DNA of 64,000 bases from Verrucomicrobiia bacterium (GTDB taxonomy: Bacteria > Verrucomicrobiota > Verrucomicrobiia > Limisphaerales > UBA1319), in contig OY760937.1 of NCBI GenBank assembly GCA_963664225.1, positions 3,264,001-3,328,000 of the forward strand. Reading direction: 5' to 3'. Under the pieces are notes generated by a model. The model saw only the letters and a program-made list of their open reading frames with translations, did no database searches and was not told the DNA's origin. Of this stretch, positions 48,129 through 58,613 are shown one piece after another. Position numbers and translations under genes: made by a program. The stretch's first letter is position 1, and each line of letters opens with the position of its first letter.

Positions 48129-50423
48129 GTGATGCAAGTGGCTGATAGAAAGAATTATCGAGGTATCGCAAAAGGTGCTGTCGGCCTGGGAACTGTCGGC
48201 TGGATGACTCTGGCGGTCTCCACCTTGCAGGCAGCGCCGTATTCCACCAGCGGCGTGGTTGCGGCGGTTGGCGGTCTTGAGCAGCATGTATGGGTTGTTC
48301 AGTTTCTTGTGATTGCCGTTATCGTTCTAGGAATGGTGATCGTTGGATTAATCGCCAATATTCGGCGTCGTAAACGGATTGAGGAGCAACTGCGATTGGA
48401 CGATACGCGACTTGAGGCGCTGGTCAAACTAAGCCGGATGCAGTCGGCTCCCTTGAACGAGATTGCGAATTACGCTCTGGAACAAGCGCTAAGCCTGTCC
48501 AAAAGCCAGGCGGGCTACCTGGCTTTTGCCAGTGAGGACGAAAAGACGCTGACCATGTTCGAATGGTCCAAGACAGTCATGGAAAAGTGCGCCATGAAGG
48601 AAAAACCGCAGGTATTATCTGTGGAAAAAACCGGGATACGTGGAGAAGCGATTCGTCAACGAAAGCCCATCATCACAAACCACTTTCAGGAGTCGCATCC
48701 CTTGAAGCACGGCCTTCCTGAGGGGCATGTTCCATTAACGCGCCATCTGACCGTGCCGGTCTTCGAAGGCCAGCGCATTGTTGCCGTGGTCGGCGTGATC
48801 AACAAAGCAGGTTTGTATGGAGAATCGGATATCCGCCAGCTTTCCCTGCTCATGGATGGCCTGTGGAACATGTTCCAGCGGGAGAAGGCCGCCAGTTCCC
48901 TCAGGGAAAGCGAGCAGCGGCTCAAACAGTCCCAGCGTATCGGCGGGATTGGCAGTTGGGATTTGGACATGCAAACGGGAACGCTTGTCTGGTCTGAAGA
49001 AACTTTCAGAATCTTCGGACGCAAGCCCGGGGAATTCGTTCCCACCCGCGCTTCATTCATGGAACTTGTTCTGCCTGAGGATCGCGACAGGGTGAGTAAC
49101 GCTATGAATGCGGCGATGGAATCGGGTGATGGTTACAGTGTGGATCATCGCATTATCCTGCCCGGGGGCGCCCAGGGCTGGGTTCGGGAGGAGGCGCAAG
49201 TCTGCCTCTCGCTTGAAGAGCACCCCGTCAAACTGCTGGGCACCGTTCAGGACATTACAGAAAGACGCCAGTTGGAGGAACGATTTCGCCAGGAGCAAAA
49301 AATGGAGGCGGTGGGCCAGCTTGCCGGTGGTGTAGCCCATGATTTCAATAACATCCTGACCATCATCCAGGGCCATGTGGGCCTTGCATTAAGCAATCCG
49401 GATCAGGAGAAGGACCTGCGGGAGTCCCTTCAGGAGGTGCGAACGGCTGCGGAACGCGCAGCCAGACTGACCCGTCAATTGCTCGCTTTCAGCCGTCGGC
49501 AAATGCTTCAGGTGCGTTATGTGGATTTGAACGACATCATCGATAATTTAATGAAGATGCTTCATCGCCTCCTGGGCGAAACGATCCAGCTCAAATTCGA
49601 TCGCGCAACATTTTTGCCGGGCGTTGAAGCGGATTCTGGAATGATCGAGCAGATCATCATGAACCTGGTCATCAACGCGCGCGATGCCATGCCCTCGGGC
49701 GGGAACGTGACGTTGCGCACTTACGAAAAGGGCTTCTCAAAAGAGGACTCATGGAAGAATCCCGATATTCATCCCGGAGATTTCGTCTGCCTGGAGGTTG
49801 CCGATACGGGTTGTGGCATGGACCAGGCGACCATGACCCACATCTTCGAGCCTTTTTTCACCACCAAGGAATTGGGCCGCGGCACCGGCCTGGGTTTGTC
49901 CACAGTTTACGGCATTGCCAAACAGCATCACGGCTGGGTTGAAGCGGAAAGCACGATGGGCGCGGGCGCGGTTTTTCGCGTTTACTTTCCCGTATGCGCG
50001 AAGCCGGGCGTTTCGATGGTAAAACCCGGCCTTCATACGAACGTGGCAGGCGGCACTGAGACCATTCTCGCGGTCGATGATGAAATGCCGGTGCGCCTTC
50101 TGGCCCGGGTTTGCCTTCAACGCAGGGGCTATCGGGTTCTGGAAGCGGCCAATGGCCGGGAGGCGCTCGATGTCTGGAAAAAACACCGCGACGAAATCGA
50201 TCTGCTGCTGACCGATCAAATAATGCCTGAAGGCATGTCCGGTCGCGAGCTTGCCAAACATTGTCTCAGCGAAAAGCCCGGCCTGAAAGTCATTTACTCA
50301 AGCGGTTACAGCCTGAACATGGTTCAAGAGGACTTGCGCCTGACGGAAGGCGTCAACTTTCTTCCAAAGCCGTATGATCCTGTCAAGCTGGTCAATGCGG
50401 TTCGCGCCTGTCTCGATTCGTAA
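48129..50423 (+). CDS. Hybrid histidine kinase (GAF-PAS-HisKA-HATPase-REC)
   Basis: AHDFNN, NARDAM, DTGCGM, GTGLGL, receiver VDDE/LLTD/KP; start uncertain. Confidence 0.95.
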   Translation: MMQVADRKNYRGIAKGAVGLGTVGWMTLAVSTLQAAPYSTSGVVAAVGGLEQHVWVVQFLVIAVIVLGMVIVGLIANIRRRKRIEEQLRLDDTRLEALVKLSRMQSAPLNEIANYALEQALSLSKSQAGYLAFASEDEKTLTMFEWSKTVMEKCAMKEKPQVLSVEKTGIRGEAIRQRKPIITNHFQESHPLKHGLPEGHVPLTRHLTVPVFEGQRIVAVVGVINKAGLYGESDIRQLSLLMDGLWNMFQREKAASSLRESEQRLKQSQRIGGIGSWDLDMQTGTLVWSEETFRIFGRKPGEFVPTRASFMELVLPEDRDRVSNAMNAAMESGDGYSVDHRIILPGGAQGWVREEAQVCLSLEEHPVKLLGTVQDITERRQLEERFRQEQKMEAVGQLAGGVAHDFNNILTIIQGHVGLALSNPDQEKDLRESLQEVRTAAERAARLTRQLLAFSRRQMLQVRYVDLNDIIDNLMKMLHRLLGETIQLKFDRATFLPGVEADSGMIEQIIMNLVINARDAMPSGGNVTLRTYEKGFSKEDSWKNPDIHPGDFVCLEVADTGCGMDQATMTHIFEPFFTTKELGRGTGLGLSTVYGIAKQHHGWVEAESTMGAGAVFRVYFPVCAKPGVSMVKPGLHTNVAGGTETILAVDDEMPVRLLARVCLQRRGYRVLEAANGREALDVWKKHRDEIDLLLTDQIMPEGMSGRELAKHCLSEKPGLKVIYSSGYSLNMVQEDLRLTEGVNFLPKPYDPVKLVNAVRACLDS

Positions 50424-50477
50424 GTGGCTGGGGCGTCGGTAGCGCGCCTCGATGAGTCGTTACCGGAAGGCCCCCAA

Positions 50478-52169
50478 TCAGGGTTTGACGGGCACGGCGT
50501 AAATCTCGGTGGGCGCGTTGGTGCTCATGGAAATCTGGGCTTGCACGCGAGTAATGTTCAATGACTGCGCGCCGGATGCCTGGGTGTTTTGAACAACGGG
50601 GGTGGTGGTGGCCAATTCCAAAAAGCCGCGCACAGCCACAGGCTGTTTCAAGGTCTGGTTAACGCCATCCGCATGGAAATAAACTTGCAGCCTGGGCGAC
50701 GCATACTGTTGTGCCGCAGTATTTTCGCCCACGCCTCCAAGCCCCCCACCACCAACTCCCTTTTGGCGACCGGCAACTGCGAAGTTATCCGTTGCCTGAT
50801 TCATCTGGTTCTGGTTATTCACGGCTCCCAAATCCATATCGCCGACAATCCACTCGCCGACATAGACCGAACCATCGGCATCGACCAATGAGATGCGGCT
50901 GCCATTCTGCTCCAGATCAAAGCGTTGAAGCACTCCCAGGCTGGCTTGATCCATCGCGCCATTGGCGGCAATCAACCCGTTGGAGACAATGGCATTGTTG
51001 ACGACGGCCTGATTCGCGGCGCTATTTTGATAAGCCTCTTTCCTCAAGGAGTTTGCGGCTGGGAATATCTGAATGAACCGTTGAACGGCCACAGCGATGG
51101 GCTGAAAGCGGTTGCCGCCAATGTTCTGAGTGATCTGGCTCTGCGCGGCGCTTAGTCCAGCCAGGCGCGTTCGCGTCATCGTCACTGCATTGGTTTCATC
51201 GCTCAGTTTCACCTGGGCATTCAAGGCCGGTGTATCGGCTGCGGCCACCTCGGATCGGAGCGCAACTGAAGGCGATTTAAAGAGGCGTTCAGTGCTGGCA
51301 GTGGATGACTGGTCTTTGTCGGCCCGCGCCTCCAGTCCGTAGGAGTAGGCCAGTGCGCCATCGGCTGGCTTTGCCTCACTCACCTTGGGCTCATTCAAGG
51401 CCAGGCTCACATAGCCTGATGCCGCAACAGGGGCGGGCATACCAGCTGGAGCAACCGGCGAAGCCGGGGTTTTAGCGGCCGTTGACGGCGCAGGACCAGA
51501 AGCACCGATCACGCCGAATTTGCTTTCCACTTCCTCTTTGGCGGCGACAGCGCCGGTTGGTTTGAGAACTTTTTCCGCAAGCAGGAGGTCTTTGTTGTCG
51601 GCAACCGATTTGGCTGCGGTCAAACGTCCTCCCACGGCTGGCTGTGAATCGGCGGGAGCGAGACTTGGTTTTCTGGCGAGCCGCTGGAATGCCCCAACGT
51701 CCTTCTTTTTTGCAGATTCGTCCCGCGCGTCCAGCGTGGCTGCGGGCGGGGCGGAAGGGGCGGCTCGGCGGGAGTCTCGCCCTACCAACGCATCGGTTGC
51801 GGCTGAGGCGGGGGCGGACAAGGTGGCAGGACGCTCGGCGGGCGTTAATCCTTCACGATCTGCCTTGGATGCGAACGTGTAGGCGGGATTTTGCGCCAAT
51901 TGCGGGGCGATGAGCCAGATGGCGAGTCCCGCCACGGCCACCGTGGCCAGACCCACCGCGAGACGCGGGTATAGTGAGGAGCAGAATTCGCGAAAGGTTC
52001 CCGGACGTTCCGGCTTATCCTGTAGCTGACCATGGAACCGGCGCGTTTCGTTCAGAAGGAGTTGCCGTGTGGCGGGATGCGGCTCAAAGCGCGGCCCGGC
52101 GGCATCGCGTCGCTTTTGCGACCATGCCTTCAGCATCTCTTCACTCTGTTTTTGCGGCTCCGGCGGCAT
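50478..52169 (-). CDS. Putative anti-sigma factor, single TM
   Basis: Directly downstream of the ECF sigma; short cytoplasmic N-terminus, TM helix, long low-complexity tail. Confidence 0.65.
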   Translation of the reverse strand: MPPEPQKQSEEMLKAWSQKRRDAAGPRFEPHPATRQLLLNETRRFHGQLQDKPERPGTFREFCSSLYPRLAVGLATVAVAGLAIWLIAPQLAQNPAYTFASKADREGLTPAERPATLSAPASAATDALVGRDSRRAAPSAPPAATLDARDESAKKKDVGAFQRLARKPSLAPADSQPAVGGRLTAAKSVADNKDLLLAEKVLKPTGAVAAKEEVESKFGVIGASGPAPSTAAKTPASPVAPAGMPAPVAASGYVSLALNEPKVSEAKPADGALAYSYGLEARADKDQSSTASTERLFKSPSVALRSEVAAADTPALNAQVKLSDETNAVTMTRTRLAGLSAAQSQITQNIGGNRFQPIAVAVQRFIQIFPAANSLRKEAYQNSAANQAVVNNAIVSNGLIAANGAMDQASLGVLQRFDLEQNGSRISLVDADGSVYVGEWIVGDMDLGAVNNQNQMNQATDNFAVAGRQKGVGGGGLGGVGENTAAQQYASPRLQVYFHADGVNQTLKQPVAVRGFLELATTTPVVQNTQASGAQSLNITRVQAQISMSTNAPTEIYAVPVKP

Positions 52170-52189
52170 ATTGATTAGACGATAAATTC

Positions 52190-52804
52190 CTAGGTTTCCT
52201 CCAGCCAGGCCTTGCCACGGACGAGGGATTCCAGGCGGTCCAGGCAACGACTCAGGCGGGAGCTGACGGTTTTGGTGTTGATTTGAAAGGTCAGTCCCAG
52301 TTCCTCATAGCTCATATCGGCGAAATATCGCAGCTCGATCATCTCCCGGCAGGGTGCCTCCAGATTCGCGAGGGCATCGACAATGAGTCCAGCCCGTTCG
52401 GATTGATCGAGTTGCGCGTCAGGCGCAGGCGCGGGACTGGGCGGGTCCAGCGGCGGGAGTTCGTCAGGGCCGACTTCGCCTGTCGGATGCAACGGGAGGG
52501 GAACGTGGCCGCCGCCGCGTTTGGCCGCATTCTGGCGCGCCAGGTAATCCCGGGATTTGTTGGCGGCAATGCGAAAGATCCAGGTCTGCAACTGACTGTT
52601 GCCGCGAAAGGTATTCAGGCTGCGGATGACGGTGAGAAAGACTTCCTGGCAGATTTCCTCTGTGTCTTCGCGGTTGAAGTTGCCTGAGAGTTGGTAAACG
52701 AAGCGCCCCACCGCGTCGTAATGGAGATCGAACAACGCGTTCCATGCCGCCTCATCGCCACGGCGGCATTTTGCGATTAATTCGCTTTCCTGCCCGGAAT
52801 CCAT
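52190..52804 (-). CDS. ECF RNA polymerase sigma factor
   Basis: GDEAAW, QEVFL, TWIFRIAAN, SYEE...TVSSRLSR. Confidence 0.95.
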   Translation of the reverse strand: MDSGQESELIAKCRRGDEAAWNALFDLHYDAVGRFVYQLSGNFNREDTEEICQEVFLTVIRSLNTFRGNSQLQTWIFRIAANKSRDYLARQNAAKRGGGHVPLPLHPTGEVGPDELPPLDPPSPAPAPDAQLDQSERAGLIVDALANLEAPCREMIELRYFADMSYEELGLTFQINTKTVSSRLSRCLDRLESLVRGKAWLEET

Positions 52805-52978
52805 CGCGGGTCAATGTAAACCATTGGAGGGCGGCTGGCTAGCGCGAAGGCGCGGAGGAAATTGTTAATGGATAATGGACAATGATAAATAAAAACAGTA
52901 ATGACAGGATGGACGATAATGACATGATAAGAAAAGAAGCATGAGGAAAGCTAGGATCTATTTCATAATTTGACGCGA

Positions 52979-54964
52979 TCAATGCGTGACGCTTTTGCCG
53001 GAGCGGAACTTCTCGATGGTGTAGGCGGCGGGGGAGGTTGTCTTGCGGCGGGGTTCGTCCCAGGTCTTCATTTCCTCGATGGATTCAAACAAGGCGATGC
53101 AGGCGGTATCGTAGTCCACGCCCGCCAGTTCAGAGACCAGGCGGGTGCTGCGGTCGATGAGCTTCTTGTTCGAGGCATCGACGTGAGCCATCCAGTTTCC
53201 GGTCAACCGACCCATCTTGCCCATGGTTGCGGAGGAGACATTGTTCAGAACGAGTTTGGCCCCGAGATGCGCAAAGAGCTGTAGCGGTGTTTCCGGAATA
53301 TCCACGTCCACATGGATCTGTCTGTCGTTCCAGCCTGATGGGGAAGTCCGGCCAATGACCAGGGCGGACCGTTGGTCGAAGGACGTCGTGGAGGATAGAA
53401 ATGCGCGATGCCAGGCGTTATCGGAACCGTCGTTCAACAGGGAGGCCTCACCGCCGATCAAGACTGCCGTGGCCGTGTTGGGTTTGACCTCCGTACGGGA
53501 CGCGTCCGGCTCGTTGCCGATGAGGTATGTGTTCAATCGCTCCCGGCCAATCTGTGGCGGATTGGCGATCAACTTCGCAGGGGCCTTGAGAGTGATGTAG
53601 GTATTCGTATTCCATTCCAGGCAGCGGGGCGCGTGCTCGAGCAGGCGCAGCCAAGCGGCCGGAGTGGGGCGCACGGGATCTTTCACAAACGCCCAGGAAG
53701 CAGGAGCCGCGGTTTCCAGCGTACTGCGGAACGGAGGGATTTTAAATGTTGGGGAACGCTCGGTGGTGTCCGTAAAAATATCCAGCAGGTAATCATTGGC
53801 AAAATAAGTGATGCGGCCCTTGTGCGTGTAAAGGTCGGTTTCATCATCCACCATCCGGGCCAGAGCAGCGATGTTCGGCTGCGTGCGGAGTTGCTGGAGC
53901 AGCGTTTGAAATTGCGCGAGCCGCTTTTCCGGCGTCAGGTCCGCGAGTCCCAATCCGGCGATTTGCGTCGGGGTGAGACGCGTCTTCAGGTGATCGGCCA
54001 GGGCCATCTCGAACGCCGTGCCCGCGACGAGCATTTCGATGGTCGTGGCCTGCATGCGTGTGGAACCCGCCACCGCCATAGGGCCGGTGCAGAGCACCAG
54101 CTTTGTCACCGCATCGTTTTCCACCACCTTGCGGCAGCGGTCCAGGTGGGAGGCGAGCAGATCCGCCGGATTGTTAAACAGGAAGAAGACGCGCGCCTTG
54201 GCATCGACGCCACGCCACACGGTGCCGATCACGGAAGAGGTTTCGCCGCCCTCGGAGATCGCGATGAGCACGTCCCCTTTTCGGATGCCGGCCTGCTTGA
54301 CCTGGTGATAGCCAAAGTCGCTGAAATCCTCGAACATCTCGACTGAGCGGACCAGGGCGAAGTCACCCCCGGTCATCACCGCCGAAGTGCGTTCCGCCAT
54401 GTCTCCGCAAACGGCTCTGAGCGCGGGTTGCTTCTCGAAGGTTTCGCGCCAGAAACGACGGTTCGCCGCATCGAGCAGAATCGCGAGCCGGCCCGTCGCG
54501 CCGCAGCCGCTGAAATAAATTTTGCGTTTCCTGTCCAACGCCGTCTTGATGGCGGCGCGCATTTGGGCGAATTCCTTCCCCGCGAACACCTGGGCGGTTA
54601 CTGGAGGGATATCGTCATCCACACTCAGCAACATGCTGACCGCTTGCGCGGTGTTGGTCTGCAAGGCCTGGGACAATCCGCGTGTTTTGGGATGCGACTG
54701 TTCGGTGGGCAGATATCCCAGGTGGAACTGCGTTTCATCCTTGATGAAATGCAGGGCCTGTTCGCGCGGCGTCTCGGTTCGCTGGCCCAGTCCGTTGGTG
54801 CACCAAAGCAGGTTGGCCGCCAAAAGACAACCCGCCAGCCATTGAATTGGCGCGCTCCGCCGAATGCGTGACGCCCCGCCGACGAGGGAACCCAGGTTAT
54901 GTGTGTCGCTCATGATGAGCCGCATTGTGTCACAATCGAGTGGAACATCAATCATGCTCATCAC
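52979..54964 (-). CDS. MurQ/GKRP-like double-SIS protein
   Basis: TEQSHP, GCGATGRL, GPMAVAGSTRM, SNKKLIDR; start uncertain. Confidence 0.8.
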   Translation of the reverse strand: MMSMIDVPLDCDTMRLIMSDTHNLGSLVGGASRIRRSAPIQWLAGCLLAANLLWCTNGLGQRTETPREQALHFIKDETQFHLGYLPTEQSHPKTRGLSQALQTNTAQAVSMLLSVDDDIPPVTAQVFAGKEFAQMRAAIKTALDRKRKIYFSGCGATGRLAILLDAANRRFWRETFEKQPALRAVCGDMAERTSAVMTGGDFALVRSVEMFEDFSDFGYHQVKQAGIRKGDVLIAISEGGETSSVIGTVWRGVDAKARVFFLFNNPADLLASHLDRCRKVVENDAVTKLVLCTGPMAVAGSTRMQATTIEMLVAGTAFEMALADHLKTRLTPTQIAGLGLADLTPEKRLAQFQTLLQQLRTQPNIAALARMVDDETDLYTHKGRITYFANDYLLDIFTDTTERSPTFKIPPFRSTLETAAPASWAFVKDPVRPTPAAWLRLLEHAPRCLEWNTNTYITLKAPAKLIANPPQIGRERLNTYLIGNEPDASRTEVKPNTATAVLIGGEASLLNDGSDNAWHRAFLSSTTSFDQRSALVIGRTSPSGWNDRQIHVDVDIPETPLQLFAHLGAKLVLNNVSSATMGKMGRLTGNWMAHVDASNKKLIDRSTRLVSELAGVDYDTACIALFESIEEMKTWDEPRRKTTSPAAYTIEKFRSGKSVTH

Positions 54965-55923
54965 TACTGTGGTCCGATGTAGGCCGAGGTGCGGTCCCGC
55001 ATCCAGAGCCAGTCACGCCGATCCATTTCGTTCACGATCACTTTGCGATTGCCGAGTTTGGCGGCCGGGTCCAGCCACTTGTGGCTCTCGGAATGCCCAT
55101 CGGCAAAAGCAAAGCCGCATCCGCCATTGTGGTAGGTTCCCGGGCCATCGATCCACTTCGCATCGACCATTCCGAACGCGAAGGCGGCGTCGTTAAGCCC
55201 GGAATCGTCCTCATCCACCAGCACCCAAAGCTTGGATGGACCGGGCGCGCCGATGTTTGAGAGTTTGCCATAGGTCGCCCAGGGGGAGTCGTGGAGGTTG
55301 CTGTAATTGTTGTTCAACCAGGGGCCATTCACAGGCACCGAGGGCACTCCCGAGTGCGGCGGAAAAGCATCGTTGATTCTTTTCGTGCCGACGGCAAATC
55401 CAGGACATACCGTCCCCACCGCCTGATTCATGGAGAACGTGCGCACGGCCGATATCTTCATACCCTTCATCGCGGGATCGTCCCCTTGATAATAGCCCGT
55501 TCGTTTGTCTCCCGGACAATGAAACAGGGAAACTTTTCGTTCGATATACAAGGCCAGCAGGCTGCGTGTTGGATCTTTGAGCAAATCCGGATTGAACTCC
55601 GCCGGCCCATTGCGCCCGGCCACCCCGGAACACCAATTGTGCCCTGTCAACCGGGTCGCGTCATCGGGATTGGGCATGAGCAAGTCGTGAAAATCGGTCG
55701 CGTAAAGAGTAACGGCGGTCATCATTTGCCTGCCATTGTTGAGACAATAGATTCCCTGGGCCTTCTGCTTGGAGCGCGACAGGCTGGGCAAGAGCAAGGA
55801 TGCGAGAATCCCTATGATGCTGATAGTCACCAGCAGCTCGATCAGCGTAAACGCCGGTGAGGCTTTGGATTTGAGAGGACAGCGAAGGCATGGTTTGAGG
55901 TGGGCTTGATTGAGTGACAGCAT
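54964..55923 (-). CDS. Prepilin-type N-terminal cleavage/methylation protein with H-X9-DG C-terminus
   Basis: AFTLIELLV...LLPSL; HNGGCGFAFADGH. Confidence 0.92.
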   Translation of the reverse strand: MLSLNQAHLKPCLRCPLKSKASPAFTLIELLVTISIIGILASLLLPSLSRSKQKAQGIYCLNNGRQMMTAVTLYATDFHDLLMPNPDDATRLTGHNWCSGVAGRNGPAEFNPDLLKDPTRSLLALYIERKVSLFHCPGDKRTGYYQGDDPAMKGMKISAVRTFSMNQAVGTVCPGFAVGTKRINDAFPPHSGVPSVPVNGPWLNNNYSNLHDSPWATYGKLSNIGAPGPSKLWVLVDEDDSGLNDAAFAFGMVDAKWIDGPGTYHNGGCGFAFADGHSESHKWLDPAAKLGNRKVIVNEMDRRDWLWMRDRTSAYIGPQ

Positions 55924-56090
55924 AATAATCTGTTAATTTGGGCGATTAAAATTTCTGAACCCTGGTGAACCGCATCACACTCCTACAATGTGATCAACCC
56001 GACATAATGGACATAAAACAATGAGATTATATACCCAATGCTGATTATGATGCAAGAACAAACTATTGAAATGGGCATTTAAATGCGGTG

Positions 56091-56139
56091 TTGACACCAT
56101 GGGCTGCATGGCAAAAATGCAATTCAAACTTGTTTAATC
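56091..56139 (+). promoter_or_regulatory. Possible kdgK promoter and operator
   Basis: TTGACA at 56091, weak -10 at ~56113, imperfect palindrome attcaaac-tt-gtttaat. Confidence 0.35.
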
Positions 56140-56149
56140 ACGAAATTTT

Positions 56150-57235
56150 ATGGCTATTCAAATACGCGATGCCGCGCAGTGCCGTTATGATGTCATGGCG
56201 CTGGGTGAATGCATGGTGCGCCTGGCTCCTCCGGGCCATGGACGGATCGAGTTTTCCAAGACGCTGGAAGTCGATGTGGGCGGCGGGGAGTTCAACGTGG
56301 CCTATGCGTGCGCGCGGTTGGGGCTGCGCGGCGGGTTCATCAGCAAGCTGCCGGATAATTATGTGGCGCGGATCATCCTCAATCACGGTCGTGCCGTGGG
56401 GGTGGACATGGCGCATGTGCGCATGGAGAAGTATGACGGGGTGGGACGCCAGAGCCGCGTGGGGCTGAACTTCACGGAAGTGGGCACGGGGGTGCGCGCC
56501 AGCGTGACGATGTACGATCGCGGTCATTCGTCGGCCAGCCAGATGCGTCCCGAGGATATCGACTGGCAGAAGGTTTTTGACGCAGAAGGTTGCCGCTGGT
56601 TGCACACGGGGGGCATCTTCACGGCGTTGTCGGATGATTGCGCGGCGACGGTCAAGGCGGCGGCCCAAGCGGCGAAAAAGGCCGGAACCATCGTGAGCTA
56701 CGATCTTAATTTCAGGGGCAAACTATGGACCAGCGAGAAGGCCATTGCCGTGACAAAGGACATAGCGCCCCTGGTGGATGTGCTGATCGGCAACGAAGAG
56801 GATTTTCAGAAGGTGCTGGGATTCCAGGTGGAGGGAGTGGACGACAACCTCTCCGCGCTGCCCATCGATAACTACAAGCGGATGGTCGAGCGCGTGGTGG
56901 CGAAGTTTCCCAATGTGAAGGCGGTTTGCACGACGTTGCGGGAGGTCAAGAGCGGCCTGGTGAACAACTGGTCAGGCATTCTTTGGTATGACGGCGCGTT
57001 TTACGAGGCGCGCAAATTCGAGAATCTCGAGATCGAGGATCGTGTGGGCGGCGGCGACGGTTTTTCGAGCGGCATCGCCTACGGGTTCACCACGGGGATG
57101 AAACCGCAGGACATTGTGAATTTCGGCGCGGCGCACGGGGCCCTGCTCCAGTCGACCCGGGGCGACACTTCGCAGGTGACGCTGGATGAAGTGCGGCATG
57201 TGATGAAAGGCGGCAGCGCGCGGATTCAGCGTTGA
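56150..57235 (+). CDS. kdgK: PfkB-family sugar kinase (2-keto-3-deoxygluconate kinase)
   Basis: GGGEFNVA, YDLNFR, NEED, DRVGGGDGF. Confidence 0.9.
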   Translation: MAIQIRDAAQCRYDVMALGECMVRLAPPGHGRIEFSKTLEVDVGGGEFNVAYACARLGLRGGFISKLPDNYVARIILNHGRAVGVDMAHVRMEKYDGVGRQSRVGLNFTEVGTGVRASVTMYDRGHSSASQMRPEDIDWQKVFDAEGCRWLHTGGIFTALSDDCAATVKAAAQAAKKAGTIVSYDLNFRGKLWTSEKAIAVTKDIAPLVDVLIGNEEDFQKVLGFQVEGVDDNLSALPIDNYKRMVERVVAKFPNVKAVCTTLREVKSGLVNNWSGILWYDGAFYEARKFENLEIEDRVGGGDGFSSGIAYGFTTGMKPQDIVNFGAAHGALLQSTRGDTSQVTLDEVRHVMKGGSARIQR

Positions 57236-57269
57236 GAAAACGGGGGGACTCCGGGTTCGGTAAAATCGC

Positions 57270-57306
57270 AAAGGCGGACATGGTTTTTAGCCAGTCCGCC
57301 TTTTTT
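57270..57306 (+). terminator. Terminator between convergent genes
   Basis: aaaggcggac...gtccgcc then T6. Confidence 0.78.
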
Positions 57307-57332
57307 GCGCAATTCAGTTTGGAGCGACTTGA

Positions 57333-58613
57333 TCAGGGAGCAACGCGGATCCTGTAGAAGCGCTGGGTCAGGTTGGTTGTGCCGGGATCGACAACAGCAA
57401 TGGTCTTAGTCGAAAAGCTGAATACATTGGTGGCCAGCGGATACCATGTGGAAAAATTCCTGGTCCATTCGACCACGCAATCGCGGCCCGGCGGACCGCT
57501 GGCTTTGACCAGGGTTTCATTGTTGGTCATGTAGCTGACATTGCCCAGGGCGGTGCTCAGATCGCGCACATAGTAGGCGCGGTAAAAACGCAGGTTTAAA
57601 TACACAGAGGTCGGGTCCTTGAAATCGTAATTCAGACTGACAAAATCGTTGGTCAAAATCGGGTACCAACTGGACATGTTCCACGCGGCCTCGACGATGA
57701 AACCGTGGCTGGGCCAGCCACTGGCGCGCAGAGTCTGGCGCCCGGCGGAATCCGGTCGTCCGGCGCTGAGCAGCAGCACAGGCGCGGAGGCTGTCCGGAC
57801 GCGGTACGCCGGGGTTTCAGCGCGCGGCGTGGCATCCTGAATGGTCAACGGTTCTCCGGAGAAGATGAATTGCCGCACTGTCTCCCAATTGGTCTGGCCG
57901 GTGGCCACCTCGAGCACGGCGCCGCCATAGACGGGGCCTTGGAGTTTGAGGGAGTGTGTTCCATCTCCGTTGGGCGTTGTGGCCAGAATTTGCAACGGGG
58001 TGTCCGGTGCGGCTATGGCGCGCGCGGCAAAATTCGCCGGCGGGTTTCCCTCAAAGGAAAACAGTTGCCAACCTGTGGATGTGTTCATCCAGAAATCGTC
58101 ATAGCTTGAACCGACCGTAGGGGCTTCGTAATGGTTGATCCCGGCCCGGTCGTTGTAAGCGCCGGAGAGGCCGCCGAATTTGACGGTCCAAGTGATGGAA
58201 TTGGAAACGGCAATCGACAGGTTTTTCAAGGCCAGGACATTGTAGCCAGGAAAAATCCGCAGCGGGGCGCTTTGATAGAGGAGGGTGCCCGGCGGCGAAA
58301 AATCACCTGTGGGATAGGGGTTAAAGCCGTCATTATCATAGAGGCGCACGATGACGGTGGCCTCCTTTTCGGGCACAAAATCACCCAGGTATTCTAATTG
58401 AAATTCGGTCAGGGTGCGCGCCGTGCCGCCCAACGCAATTTCATCTCCGTATTCGAGCGGGGAGGGAAAGAAGAGATTGTTATAGGTATTGGCCGTGTTG
58501 TCGTAAACGACTTCATCGGCGCGGAGGGCGGAGGCAAGGCCCAGGCTCAGGCAGGTCGTAAGAGCCAGCGGGCCTGGCAGGGCGGCCCGGCACAATTCAA
58601 GAAAATGTTTCAT
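57333..58613 (-). CDS. Secreted hypothetical protein with three C-terminal repeat modules
   Basis: Signal peptide; modules G-P...E...W...D...(A/F)YR three times. Confidence 0.75.
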   Translation of the reverse strand: MKHFLELCRAALPGPLALTTCLSLGLASALRADEVVYDNTANTYNNLFFPSPLEYGDEIALGGTARTLTEFQLEYLGDFVPEKEATVIVRLYDNDGFNPYPTGDFSPPGTLLYQSAPLRIFPGYNVLALKNLSIAVSNSITWTVKFGGLSGAYNDRAGINHYEAPTVGSSYDDFWMNTSTGWQLFSFEGNPPANFAARAIAAPDTPLQILATTPNGDGTHSLKLQGPVYGGAVLEVATGQTNWETVRQFIFSGEPLTIQDATPRAETPAYRVRTASAPVLLLSAGRPDSAGRQTLRASGWPSHGFIVEAAWNMSSWYPILTNDFVSLNYDFKDPTSVYLNLRFYRAYYVRDLSTALGNVSYMTNNETLVKASGPPGRDCVVEWTRNFSTWYPLATNVFSFSTKTIAVVDPGTTNLTQRFYRIRVAP

